From positions 244,228-308,227 of the forward strand of contig DAIDBH010000018.1 of assembly GCA_027310185.1 (NCBI GenBank): a DNA stretch of 64,000 nt, given 5' to 3'. Below the pieces are notes generated by a model that did no database searches, had not been told where the DNA came from, and was given only the letters and a program-made list of their open reading frames with translations. Source of the stretch: Thermoplasmatales archaeon (GTDB lineage: Archaea; Thermoplasmatota; Thermoplasmata; Thermoplasmatales; Thermoplasmataceae). Shown one piece after another: positions 1-9,119 of this stretch. The translations under genes were made by a program, and so were the position numbers. Numbering within the stretch: the first letter of the stretch is position 1; every line of letters begins with the position of its first letter.

Positions 1-2
1 CT

Positions 3-1925
3 GGAATATACAGTTATTTACTGCAGATATTAACGGCATCCCTTTACTATATAGTCCATACAGGCACAGTAACAGTGGATAGTTCATTTCCAAATTTGAC
101 ATTTTCCCGGAGCATCAAAAACGGGATATTTTCTGGGGAAGTGTTATGGTCTAAATATTCAGATTCAGCAGGTATCACCCAAATAGTTGTGGATGGAGTC
201 AATAACACCATAAACACTGTTAATTCAACAATATCATTCTTAATTCCACTTCATTATGCTTATAAATATCTTCAATTTGAGGTATTTTTCAGAGACACGT
301 ATAATGTAACCAGGTTTATCAAATTCAAATTAAGGTATTATGACGAGAATGGTTCAGGTGTTTTCCCTGATATATCTGAAAATCAGATATTCAACAGTAA
401 CAAATTATACATAACACTCCATGGAAATCCTGTTAATGTATCCCGAATCCTATTCGTTGTGAGAAATGAATCTTTCAGTAAGACACTTAACTATTCATCA
501 GATATAACATCATTCTACCTGAATCTGGCTAACGGAGTCTACAGTATATCCACGTATGATCTATTTAGCGCAGGAAACAAGGTGTTTGAAGGAACTGTTA
601 ATTTCACTGTACTGTCAGAAAACCTGACTGTGACGGACAATAGCACAGTCAAAAGCTTTTACTCATTCTACGGTAATTCCGAAAACGATTCATTTAACTT
701 TCATTATGCTGCCAGCATCAAAGGAATGTGGAACGTAAGAGTATATCACAATTCTGTGAAGGCCTTCACAGAGAAGGTAGGTGAGGAAAATTTATGGCTG
801 AATTCCTCAGAAATAAAATATATATTCAGGGATAATGGCTCCTTTATATTCTACCTCAATTACAGCTCAGTCAATAGGCATAATTATTCATCGAAGTTGG
901 ACATAGAGGTGAATAATTCCATCCCGTATTTCATAGCACCATCTTATTATTACACCAACACGTCTGTCCTCAACTTATCAAAAGCATTCAGGTCCAATGG
1001 GAGAATAGATTACCTCATGAATGGAAACATGAGGATATTCAACGGCTCGGTCTATTTGAATCATACGGGAAATTTCAGTTTTATATTTCACATATGGTCG
1101 AGATCAATGAATCACATCTCAAGGATCATATGGGTTAAATTCAACACATCTGCTCCTGAATACAAATTCATTGGTTTCAGCAGCAAAGTTACAAGGACAT
1201 CCAATTTGAAGCTTTCAGTTGTCGCAAACGGAAAGGAACACATCTCTGGAGCTTTCCTCTTTTTTAATGGTCGGGAAATGAATGAAAAAAATTTCAGCTT
1301 CACTCTACACTTCATGCAGGATGGAGCTTATAATTTCACACTTGAAGTTATGGACAGATGCGGAAATATCAACAGGACAACCTACTATCTGAACGTGACC
1401 TATTACCCACTTATCAGGAGCATAGGTGTATCTTACCGCATATTCTTCCAGAGCTTCATTGCTCAATCAATACTTAGCGGGGATAACACGTCAGGTATAG
1501 GGATAAAATGGTACATAAATGGGAACTATGCATCATCGGGAAAGTATGAGAATATATCCCTGCCAGTGGGCCTGGACCACATCTCCATCAGGGCAAGTTA
1601 CGGTAACACAACCCGATCTTACAGTTTTACTGTCATAAGCATTAGCAGCTACTTTTTAGTGCCTGTTCCAATTGCATTATTCTCCATATATGCATTGAGG
1701 AACTTTCCAGTAAATGGTAATTCTGAAGATCTACTCAACACCATATTTTCAGAGGATGACAGCCCGTTGAAAGAGGTAATCAGGAAATTGAGACGGAAGC
1801 ATTTCTCCCGGAAGATGATAAAAAAGAGTTTCAATCTGCTCCTGGAAAGAAATTTAATAAAGATTTCCCCAGATCCGGATGGAAAACCGAGACTTGAGAT
1901 ATTGACTAATAATAAGAAAAAGTGA
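3..1925 (+). CDS. Large secreted/surface protein with Ig/PKD-like beta-rich repeats, C-terminal TM anchor and short cytoplasmic wHTH-like tail (5'-truncated by window edge)
   Basis: Frame is open from position 3 to the ORF at 75. Rich in N/S/T/Y with many N-x-S/T sequons; hydrophobic segment near the C-terminus (YFLVPVPIALFSIYAL). Confidence 0.7.
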   Translation, partial: GIYSYLLQILTASLYYIVHTGTVTVDSSFPNLTFSRSIKNGIFSGEVLWSKYSDSAGITQIVVDGVNNTINTVNSTISFLIPLHYAYKYLQFEVFFRDTYNVTRFIKFKLRYYDENGSGVFPDISENQIFNSNKLYITLHGNPVNVSRILFVVRNESFSKTLNYSSDITSFYLNLANGVYSISTYDLFSAGNKVFEGTVNFTVLSENLTVTDNSTVKSFYSFYGNSENDSFNFHYAASIKGMWNVRVYHNSVKAFTEKVGEENLWLNSSEIKYIFRDNGSFIFYLNYSSVNRHNYSSKLDIEVNNSIPYFIAPSYYYTNTSVLNLSKAFRSNGRIDYLMNGNMRIFNGSVYLNHTGNFSFIFHIWSRSMNHISRIIWVKFNTSAPEYKFIGFSSKVTRTSNLKLSVVANGKEHISGAFLFFNGREMNEKNFSFTLHFMQDGAYNFTLEVMDRCGNINRTTYYLNVTYYPLIRSIGVSYRIFFQSFIAQSILSGDNTSGIGIKWYINGNYASSGKYENISLPVGLDHISIRASYGNTTRSYSFTVISISSYFLVPVPIALFSIYALRNFPVNGNSEDLLNTIFSEDDSPLKEVIRKLRRKHFSRKMIKKSFNLLLERNLIKISPDPDGKPRLEILTNNKKK

Positions 1926-1957
1926 TATACGACATTTTATTTATCCATCCTGTAAGG

Positions 1958-2572
1958 ATGAAATCTATCTATCTGGTAATCGCTGTTATAATAATTGCAT
2001 TAATGGTAACACCCATAATGAGTAATGCAGGAACTGTAAATACAGGAACTTCAAGCCATGGGTCACAAATGACCGTGAACAATTATGTCAATAAGCTGGA
2101 GAATGTAACCACGCCTCCATCAACATTTCCGACAGTTAAATATTATTACGGCAATGATAAATCATGCGCCATAACGACAAGCGACTGGACGAGCATTTTC
2201 ACGAACGTTTTCGATGATAGATCCATAATAGCATATAATTTTTCTTCCAATTCAACACAGTATCTCATAGTTTTCGATATTACGTACCAGGGATTGAATC
2301 CATATGGTGTTGAATATGTAAACGCCCTTTCCCATACAGGAAACCTCTCGAAGAAACATGAGCTTGAAGCATTCTGGAAAACGGCAAATGAAACATCCCT
2401 TGTGAGTGGTTATACAAACTGGAAAGCTTTGAGTGCAGGAGCCTTCCCAGGATTCAGCTGGTCAAGACCAAAGATACTACCAAACTATCTTACCGAGGAA
2501 TATGTAGGCGCAATGGTTGCCGTTGTTGTATCAGTGTTTGTGCTTTATTTTGTCTTCAACAGAAGAAAATAA
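1958..2572 (+). CDS. Secreted, C-terminally membrane-anchored hypothetical protein
   Basis: Signal-peptide-like MKSIYLVIAVIIIALMV from ATG 1958; C-terminal TM helix followed by NRRK. Confidence 0.7.
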   Translation: MKSIYLVIAVIIIALMVTPIMSNAGTVNTGTSSHGSQMTVNNYVNKLENVTTPPSTFPTVKYYYGNDKSCAITTSDWTSIFTNVFDDRSIIAYNFSSNSTQYLIVFDITYQGLNPYGVEYVNALSHTGNLSKKHELEAFWKTANETSLVSGYTNWKALSAGAFPGFSWSRPKILPNYLTEEYVGAMVAVVVSVFVLYFVFNRRK

Positions 2573-2626
2573 AATTTTTTATCATAAAAGAATTTAATCC
2601 ATACAATTATTACTAAAGGATAATAA

Positions 2627-3184
2627 ATGAAAGTTATTTTAGGCATCACTGGAGCATCTGGAAGTATTCTGGCCCAGAGGTTTCTTGAAACTGCGAACGC
2701 GGAAATCCACCTGGTCATTTCATCAAACTCTGACCAGGTCATAGAATATGAAACAGGGCACGACTCATCGTCATTCAGGAAGATGGCAGCGTATTCGTAT
2801 GACGATAAGGATGTGGCGGCAAGAATAAGCTCAGGGAGTTTCATATTCAATGCAATGGTAGTAATGCCATGCTCAATGAATACTCTGGCAAAGATAGCTG
2901 CCGGAATCTCTGATTCTCTCATAACAAGGGCTGCTGCAGTAGCACTGAAGGAAAGGAGAAGGCTTATACTGGTTCCAAGGGAAATGCCATTGAGTGAGAT
3001 AGCGCTTGAGAACATGACAAGAATCACTAGGGCGGGTGGTATTATCGCAGCTGCCATGCCTGCATTTTATACCAAGCCAAAGAGCGTAGACGACATGGTT
3101 GATTTCATGGTCGGGAGGGTCATGGACCTTTGTGGCATGGACAACAGTCTTGTAAAAAGATGGAAGGAGGAAGAGAGAGATTAA
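2627..3184 (+). CDS. ubiX: Flavin prenyltransferase UbiX
   Basis: GITGASG, ISSGS, PCSMNTLAKIAAG, LKERR-L-PRE-P and PAFY-KP motifs. Confidence 0.95.
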   Translation: MKVILGITGASGSILAQRFLETANAEIHLVISSNSDQVIEYETGHDSSSFRKMAAYSYDDKDVAARISSGSFIFNAMVVMPCSMNTLAKIAAGISDSLITRAAAVALKERRRLILVPREMPLSEIALENMTRITRAGGIIAAAMPAFYTKPKSVDDMVDFMVGRVMDLCGMDNSLVKRWKEEERD

Positions 3185-3635
3185 GTATCTTGCTGATAAC
3201 ATGCTGGGAAGACTTGCAAGGTACATGCGAATAATGGGGTACGATACATCATATCCTAACCTCGAAATATCGGACACTGAACTTATTGAGATCAGCAAGG
3301 CTGATGACAGGATTTTATTATCGAGAGACAGGCAGTTGTGCAGCAGATATATAAAATCCATATACATAGATTCAGACAGGATAGATGAACAGATAATACA
3401 GATCACAAACATTGAACGACCGAGAAGAGAACTTCTATTTTCAAGGTGTACTAACTGCAATGGGGTGCTTGTGAAGGGTGACAGTAACTGCAGGGAAGAA
3501 TATGATCCAAGGAAAAAAGATTCTGTATATCACTGCCCGGACTGCGGCAGATGTTACTGGGATGGAACTCACTCCCAGAACATACTGGCCAAATTGGAGT
3601 CATTGAAGGTGTATTATGAAGCTCAGACAGAATGA
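3180..3635 (+). CDS. Mut7-C RNase (PIN-like) domain protein with Zn ribbon; start probably ATT 3180, first ATG is 3201
   Basis: KYLADNMLGRLARYMRIMGYD, RILLSRD, SRCTNCNG and CPDCGRCYWDGTH match the Mut7-C/DUF82 pattern. Confidence 0.85.
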   Translation: MKYLADNMLGRLARYMRIMGYDTSYPNLEISDTELIEISKADDRILLSRDRQLCSRYIKSIYIDSDRIDEQIIQITNIERPRRELLFSRCTNCNGVLVKGDSNCREEYDPRKKDSVYHCPDCGRCYWDGTHSQNILAKLESLKVYYEAQTE

Positions 3636-4638
3636 GGAGGGATGGAGAGAAATACTGATAGAGAACATGGACGATCTATGGTACTTGAAGAATATCATCA
3701 ATTCAGGCACAATAATAAAAAAAACTGTTCTGCGCAGGGAAGATAAGAGCGAAGACATGGAGAGAAGCAAGGAGACATCAAGGAAGCCTGTACTGCTGGA
3801 AATCAGGCCAGAAGAGGTATATTTCCAGCCATTCACGGACAGGCTGAGAATCCAGGGAATAATCATAAAGGGCCCGGAGGGTACACTGGGACAGCATCAG
3901 TCTCTGTACATATCTGAGGGGGAGAATGTTGAGATTCTTAAGGACCGGTGGGACAGGTCCACTGAGAACCTGATAAGGGATGCTATGCTGAAAGCATCTA
4001 ACAATGCTCTTTTCATTGTTATGGATGATGAAACTGCAACATTCTGCACATTGAGGGAGTATGGACTCCAGACACAGGCCAGGATATTCTCAGGAAAATC
4101 CGGGAAGGAATATGCGGGAAATTATTCAAGGAAAACATACTTTGAAGAGATCATGAAGACACTCAATTCCATCAAATTTACAGGTCCAATCATAATAACG
4201 GGCCCCGGATTCGAGGGAGAAATGTTTGAAAAGTTTCTGAAAGAGAACAGCACGGGACTGAGAGTCAACTTCATACCATCCACAAGAGAGGATGAAAACG
4301 CAGTATTCGAAATAATCAACACAGAGGCAGTAAGAAAAATAATAGGCGATTCAAGGTCTTCCAGGGAGAGAAGGTACATGGAGCAATTCATGGAAGGACT
4401 GGCAAGGAATTCAATGGTCGCCTATGGGAAGGAAGAAATTTCAAGGCTTTCCCTATCAGGGGCTATTGACAAGCTGCTGGTTCTTGAAGATAGCTTCAGA
4501 AATGAGGACTTCCAGGAGATAATAGAAAACGTCAGTTCATCGGGAGGAGAGGTGATCATAATGAGTTCAGACGGAGAATATGGCAAAACACTGAAGAACT
4601 TTGGAAATATCGTGGCCCTTCTAAGGTACAACCCGTAA
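3616..4638 (+). CDS. pelA: Pelota (ribosome rescue factor, aDom34)
   Basis: DDLWYL, RLRIQG, GQHQSL, GPGF, VAYG-EE and ALLRY motifs of the eRF1/pelota family. Confidence 0.95.
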   Translation: MKLRQNEEGWREILIENMDDLWYLKNIINSGTIIKKTVLRREDKSEDMERSKETSRKPVLLEIRPEEVYFQPFTDRLRIQGIIIKGPEGTLGQHQSLYISEGENVEILKDRWDRSTENLIRDAMLKASNNALFIVMDDETATFCTLREYGLQTQARIFSGKSGKEYAGNYSRKTYFEEIMKTLNSIKFTGPIIITGPGFEGEMFEKFLKENSTGLRVNFIPSTREDENAVFEIINTEAVRKIIGDSRSSRERRYMEQFMEGLARNSMVAYGKEEISRLSLSGAIDKLLVLEDSFRNEDFQEIIENVSSSGGEVIIMSSDGEYGKTLKNFGNIVALLRYNP

Positions 4639-4651
4639 TAGATCGCAGCAT
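4635..4651 (+). repeat. 17-bp direct repeat copy 1 (GTAATAGATCGCAGCAT), overlapping pelota stop
   Basis: Identical to 5793-5809. Confidence 0.85.
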
Positions 4652-4782
4652 TATTAGCAGGAAACTCTCAGTTCGAGTTTCAAATATGCACCTTCACTGC
4701 GTTTTGACGTTTTCCATCATAAGCTTATTCAGCGAGTCTTTTAACACCAAAAGATATGTATATCTAATACACATAATCATAT

Positions 4783-5007
4783 GTGCCAGCTCAAAGACTA
4801 AACGTAACTCTTCCTGAAGATGTGTCGGAAATTCTAAGTACAAAGAAGAATAAATCTAAATTTCTATCAGAGGCTGTGAGAGAAAAAGCAATGAATGACA
4901 AAAAAAAAGAAATTATGGAGAAAGCTGAGAAGCTAAAGCATTACTATGAGTCTGATAGTGATCTTAAAGCTCTGAATTCTCTTGATTCTCAGGATTTTGT
5001 CGATTGA
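4783..5007 (+). CDS. Type II antitoxin, ribbon-helix-helix/CopG-like
   Basis: RLNVTLPEDV...NKSKFLSEAVRE RHH pattern; acidic tail; abuts the mazF-like gene. Confidence 0.8.
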   Translation: MPAQRLNVTLPEDVSEILSTKKNKSKFLSEAVREKAMNDKKKEIMEKAEKLKHYYESDSDLKALNSLDSQDFVD

Positions 5008-5358
5008 GTGATACAGTTGTATCAAGGAGATATCTGGCTGGTAAATCTCTCACCAACTGTTGGAGCTGAAATAACAAAAACAAGGCCATGTGTCATAGTT
5101 AGCAGTAATGAAATAGGTATTCTTCCACTGAAGGTTGTTGCACCCATAACTGATTTCAAATCTCGTTATTCTTCCGTTCCATGGATGGTTGAACTGTCTC
5201 CAGATGGAATAAATAACCTATCAAAGAGATCGGTGGTAGATTTATTTCAGATCAGATCGGTATCCCAGGAAAGATTGATCAGGAAAACTGGAAACCTGTC
5301 GGGAGATGAGCTTAAAAAAATACAGGAAGCCATCAAGATAGTTGTTGGAATTTATTAA
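5008..5358 (+). CDS. mazF: PemK/MazF-family endoribonuclease toxin
   Basis: QGDIWLVNLSP-VG-EI-K-RPCVIVS, VAPIT and QIRSVS-ERL motifs. Confidence 0.92.
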   Translation: MIQLYQGDIWLVNLSPTVGAEITKTRPCVIVSSNEIGILPLKVVAPITDFKSRYSSVPWMVELSPDGINNLSKRSVVDLFQIRSVSQERLIRKTGNLSGDELKKIQEAIKIVVGIY

Positions 5359-5792
5359 TTTCACAAATATTTAAATAATGCGATCTGGAATACGACTGTC
5401 GCAGGATATGGAATGAAGGCGGGCTTTATTATTTCCCTTAACTTATTATACACTCCTTGCAGAAATAAGCGAAACTAGCCTGATTTTATATTGCTATTTG
5501 TGTCTACGTATCCGTCAGATCTGATGGATTAGCTTCATGACGGCATGCCTTTGAATCTGAGGTAAATCAAGATCAATCAGATTTTTTCTGTATATCTTTT
5601 GAAATGCAGTGCTCCCTGTAAAGCCTGGAAGAAGAGACAGGGTAAATAAATAGAATCTTACTCACTAAATATACTTTCAATTTTTCACTGAACCCGTTTT
5701 TGAGGAGTTGGATGGAAATAATCTCATAATAACTGGCATTTATTATATATAGAATTTTATGGCACTACTTTAGAAACTTTTAGGTAAACACT

Positions 5793-5809
5793 GTAATAGA
5801 TCGCAGCAT
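5793..5809 (+). repeat. 17-bp direct repeat copy 2
   Basis: Identical to 4635-4651; flanks also partly similar (AGGTA upstream, GGAAA..CTCA downstream). Confidence 0.85.
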
Positions 5810-5829
5810 AACCGTCTGGAAATCCTCAA

Positions 5830-5839
5830 TTTTAATATA
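5830..5839 (+). promoter_or_regulatory. Probable TATA box of tRNA-Leu
   Basis: TTTTAATATA about 25-35 nt upstream of the tRNA 5' end. Confidence 0.5.
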
Positions 5840-5863
5840 CCTTCTGGATATCCTGAAACCACT

Positions 5864-5948
5864 GCGGAGGTTGTCGAGCTAGGTTAAAGGCGATGGATTT
5901 AGGGTCCATTCCCGTAGGGGTTCGCCGGTTCGAATCCGGCCCTCCGCA
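5864..5948 (+). tRNA. tRNA-Leu(TAG), no intron, CCA not encoded
   Basis: Acceptor stem GCGGAGG/CCTCCGC plus discriminator A; anticodon stem ATGGA/TCCAT with loop TTTAGGG; long variable arm CCCGTAGGGG; T-loop GGTTCGAATCC. Confidence 0.96.
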
Positions 5949-5972
5949 TATTTATATTAAATAGTTTAAATC

Positions 5973-6382
5973 TTATTCCCAAATCACTTCTAGACCGTGT
6001 ACTTTTCGAAATACAGGATCATTGGAAATAAGTGATAAACTTCGACTCAGTGCCTCTGCCGCTATTAACCTGGCATGTAGCTCGGGAATATATAGGGACA
6101 AAAAATATCCCATCCATCTTCTGGAAAATTGGATTGAGATATAAAAGAAGTTCCTCTTAGTTCATCCAGGAATTTCTTGATATCTCTCTTCGAATCAGTC
6201 AATCTTAGTCTCCCTTTCATTGCAATATAAATGAATTCTCCCATCACTATCTGCGGTACCAGAATCGAGGCCTCTCCCCTTTGGGCTAGAGAAAATATAT
6301 CTGATGCAGGACTTGGCAAATTAACCTCTAGGTATCTAGCTAACACAACCGTATCTATCAGGAAATTTTTCGCAACTTCCAC
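5973..6382 (-). pseudogene. vapC: VapC/PIN toxin, frameshifted
   Basis: FLIDT...VP-IVMGE in the first frame. After a 1-nt shift in the T6 run (6100-6105) it continues LYIPELHARLIAAEALSRSLSLISND-VF-KV-GLEVIW to a stop at 5973. Confidence 0.85.
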
Positions 6383-6596
6383 TCTTTTCTTAAGCCTCTA
6401 AGGTCTTTCTCGAATCCTTTGGTATCCACCCTGCCTTTTAACATCCCTCTCAAAGCCCCCACATCATGTCTGATAATAATGCCGTCTCCAGAATCCGCCA
6501 AAATAACACTTTCTCCACTGCTCAGGTGGTATCTATCTCTCAAATCTTTAGGAAGTGTGATCTGACCCTTTGAACTACAGTAACCTTTTTAACCAT
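6358..6596 (-). pseudogene. vapB: AbrB/MazE/SpoVT-type antitoxin (VapB), frameshifted near codon 7
   Basis: ATG at 6596 gives MVKKVTV; the SSKGQITLPKDLRDRYHL AbrB motif is in another frame that has a TAA just upstream. Confidence 0.8.
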
Positions 6597-7133
6597 ATGA
6601 AATGCAAGCACTATTGCCCATACTATCTTTACTTGAAGTAAAGAATTATGGATGAAAATTTTACAATCAAAAGTTAATAAATTATTCAATTAAAACAATA
6701 TTAGAATCCGCCCATTCCCGCTTTTGAATTGTATAATATTTAAACTCATTTTGTAAAGAGAATGTGGTGAATATTAAATAAAAACTCAAAGGTTCCACAA
6801 CCAGTGTATATTGCAGGAATTCAGTTTCATCGTCAAATGAACAGACGAATCAATGCTAGAATAAACGTCAGAATACGAGGGTATAAAAAAGATAAGAATG
6901 AATATCTATATGGTAACTTCAGTTAGAAACGAGTCAATAAATGAGGGTCATATCCTGATTGCTAAAGCAATCAATAGTCCATGCCATCCCATGCTGATAT
7001 CATTAATGTAAAGAAACTTGAACCAAATCTTTTTGTGAACTATGGAATATTAGTCCAAAGTAACTTTATAGTTAGCTACCTGAAAACAGAAGGAATCAAA
7101 TGGTTTATATTTGCAGTTGTCAATCAAGAAACT

Positions 7134-7754
7134 ATGCTAATACCTGTGGCAAGAAATATATTCAGATGGAGATCTAACGATCCTGAACTTGGAATAGATC
7201 AATACGGTACGATGTTATTGAAAGGCGATTTAATAGTGATTGTAGATCCACCAATGGTTCCAGGGTTGGTAGAAGCTATAAGGATCCTGGGCAAACCTGA
7301 AGCCGTCATAATGACTAACTTCGCCCATTCAAGAGGTAGTAATGCCATGGCCAGGCATCTTGGCATACCCCTCTATATTCCGGAAATTAAAGACAAGGAT
7401 GGAAGGGAAAATGAAGAGGAGATAAGATTTCTCCATCTGGACAGGGCAATAAGATACAACGAAGGTACCAAATTACCATTGGGAATTAAGGCTCATCATC
7501 TTAGACCTAAGACAGATAGCGGTGATGTGGTGTTTGATGAGATGGAACTTCAGTTCGAGAATTTCCTCGTTCTTGGAGATTCAGCCTGGGGGATCAACGG
7601 GAAGATAAACTACTTCCCTGCTGGCATTATGCCAGATGAAGGAAGGAAAAAGGAAACTGCAAACCGGATAGCTCTTGAAAAGCTTCTAAAAGAGACCGGT
7701 TCAAGAGGCTTAATTTCTGGTCACGGTGAGGTCGTCACTGGATTATCACGATAA
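7134..7754 (+). CDS. Metallo-beta-lactamase-fold protein (divergent motif)
   Basis: VIVDPP, IMTNFAHSR, VLGD and ISGHG. Start set at ATG 7134, about 25 nt after TTTATAT (leaderless). Confidence 0.7.
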   Translation: MLIPVARNIFRWRSNDPELGIDQYGTMLLKGDLIVIVDPPMVPGLVEAIRILGKPEAVIMTNFAHSRGSNAMARHLGIPLYIPEIKDKDGRENEEEIRFLHLDRAIRYNEGTKLPLGIKAHHLRPKTDSGDVVFDEMELQFENFLVLGDSAWGINGKINYFPAGIMPDEGRKKETANRIALEKLLKETGSRGLISGHGEVVTGLSR

Positions 7755-7866
7755 ACAATTGTGATGAATGCATAGAAATAAACTGACATCCTGAATACGG
7801 GTCAGGTTCTTTGAACAGGGTGATAAAATTATTTCTACTCCCGTTATTTATACATGGGATATTTAG

Positions 7867-8220
7867 ATGATAGAAAAAATTGAACCGGTAATACTTTTTG
7901 TAAAAAATTTCAAGGAAAGCAGAATTTTCTACAGGGATCAGCTTGGGCTGAAGGAAGAATCTTCCTCAAACAGCGAAAATGCGAACTTTGTTAGCTTTAG
8001 ACTGTCAAATATCACTTTTTCCATACATGGAGGATATGAAGGGATGAATGGCGGTCCTTTGAGTATTCATTTCATCACTGAGAACATTGAGGAAGAAGTA
8101 AGAAGATTAAAAGCCTTAGGAGTCAGGTTTGCAAGGGAAATAGAGGAAGTCCCATGGGGAGGGAGGGAAGCTACTCTCATTGATCCAGATGGGAATGAAA
8201 TAGATTTATACCAGCCATAA
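7867..8220 (+). CDS. VOC/glyoxalase-family protein
   Basis: LFVKNF-ES-FYRD-LGL and PWGGR-A-L-DPDGNEI motifs. Confidence 0.9.
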   Translation: MIEKIEPVILFVKNFKESRIFYRDQLGLKEESSSNSENANFVSFRLSNITFSIHGGYEGMNGGPLSIHFITENIEEEVRRLKALGVRFAREIEEVPWGGREATLIDPDGNEIDLYQP

Positions 8221-8245
8221 CAACCATCTGAACGCATGACAAATA

Positions 8246-8259
8246 CTATTTAAGCGGCA
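8246..8259 (+). repeat. 14-bp direct repeat copy 1 (CTATTTAAGCGGCA) upstream of SDR gene
   Basis: Identical to 9093-9106; both copies have TGAC upstream and ATGTCA downstream. Confidence 0.65.
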
Positions 8260-8329
8260 TTTCTGAATGTCAGAATTATTTTCCATTATACAATCCAAAA
8301 TATTGATTTTCCATATGACATTACCAACC

Positions 8330-9100
8330 ATGACAGAAAAAGAAGAAAAAAAAGCAATACTGGTTACAGGAGGCTCCAAAGGGATAGGAAAAGCAATCGC
8401 AATCAAGTTCGCAGAATCAGGATATAATGTTGCAATCACCTATAATAGATCAGAAAAGGAAGCCACTGAATTATCAAAGAAATACGGGAATATTTACCCA
8501 TTCCATGTGGATGTAACAAACAGGGAACAGATAAGAAATATGGTAAAAGAAATTCATGGAAAGATAGGCACCCTGAAAGTAATTGTAAACGATGCAGGCA
8601 TGTGGCATCTATTCCCATTTGAAAAATTCGAGGAGGAAAAATATCAACAAATCATGGACACAAACCTGAAGGGTCCAATATACATTGTTCTCGAAACACT
8701 TGATGACCTGAAGAAGAACAGGGGCGTCGTAATAAATATAGCTTCAAATGCCGGAGTTGGAACTGCAGCAATGAACACTACATTCTATTCAGTATCAAAG
8801 GCTGCACTTATTATGTTGACAAAAAGGATGGCCCTTGAATTTGAGTCCTACGGAATACGTTCAAACGCTGTTGCTCCTGGATGGATCAAGACAGATCTCA
8901 CCGTTGGGGGCAAGACGGGTGAGGAGATAAGGGAGCTCGAGGAAAGCTTCATCTCCAGATCTACAGTAAAGAGAACTGGTAAACCAGAGGATGTGGCAGA
9001 ACTTGTTGCATATCTCGCATCGGACGCATCAGAATTCATGAACGGGCAGGTTCTCGTGATAGATGGAGGGAGAAAGGATAACCTGACCCATTCTATTTAA
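8330..9100 (+). CDS. Short-chain dehydrogenase/reductase (FabG-like)
   Basis: TGGSKGIG, VNDAG, YSVSK and NAVAPGWI-T motifs. Start is 8330 or 8315. Confidence 0.92.
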   Translation: MTEKEEKKAILVTGGSKGIGKAIAIKFAESGYNVAITYNRSEKEATELSKKYGNIYPFHVDVTNREQIRNMVKEIHGKIGTLKVIVNDAGMWHLFPFEKFEEEKYQQIMDTNLKGPIYIVLETLDDLKKNRGVVINIASNAGVGTAAMNTTFYSVSKAALIMLTKRMALEFESYGIRSNAVAPGWIKTDLTVGGKTGEEIRELEESFISRSTVKRTGKPEDVAELVAYLASDASEFMNGQVLVIDGGRKDNLTHSI

Positions 9101-9106
9101 GCGGCA
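9093..9106 (+). repeat. 14-bp direct repeat copy 2, overlapping SDR stop codon
   Basis: Identical to 8246-8259. Confidence 0.65.
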
Positions 9107-9119
9107 CTCCCCTTCCATG

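Noticed and set aside
5374-5386. AATAATGCGATCT as an inverted copy of the pelota-end repeat
   Set aside because: It needs a 3-nt gap, is short and AT-rich, and is compatible with chance.
6981-7133. N-terminal 51 codons of the listed MBL-fold ORF
   Set aside because: A TATA-like box at about 7104 and the domain start favour ATG 7134; the extension looks non-coding.
7761-7814. Possible C/D box sRNA (GTGATGA...CTGA...CTGAATA...TTGA)
   Set aside because: The C' and D boxes are degenerate, no rRNA or tRNA target could be verified, and a simple CTGAC/GTCAG hairpin explains the segment equally well.
8213-8275. attC-like site after the VOC gene (TAAC...), suggesting an integron cassette array
   Set aside because: No matching GTTRRRY end or paired L boxes, no similar site after neighbouring genes, and no integron integrase in the window.
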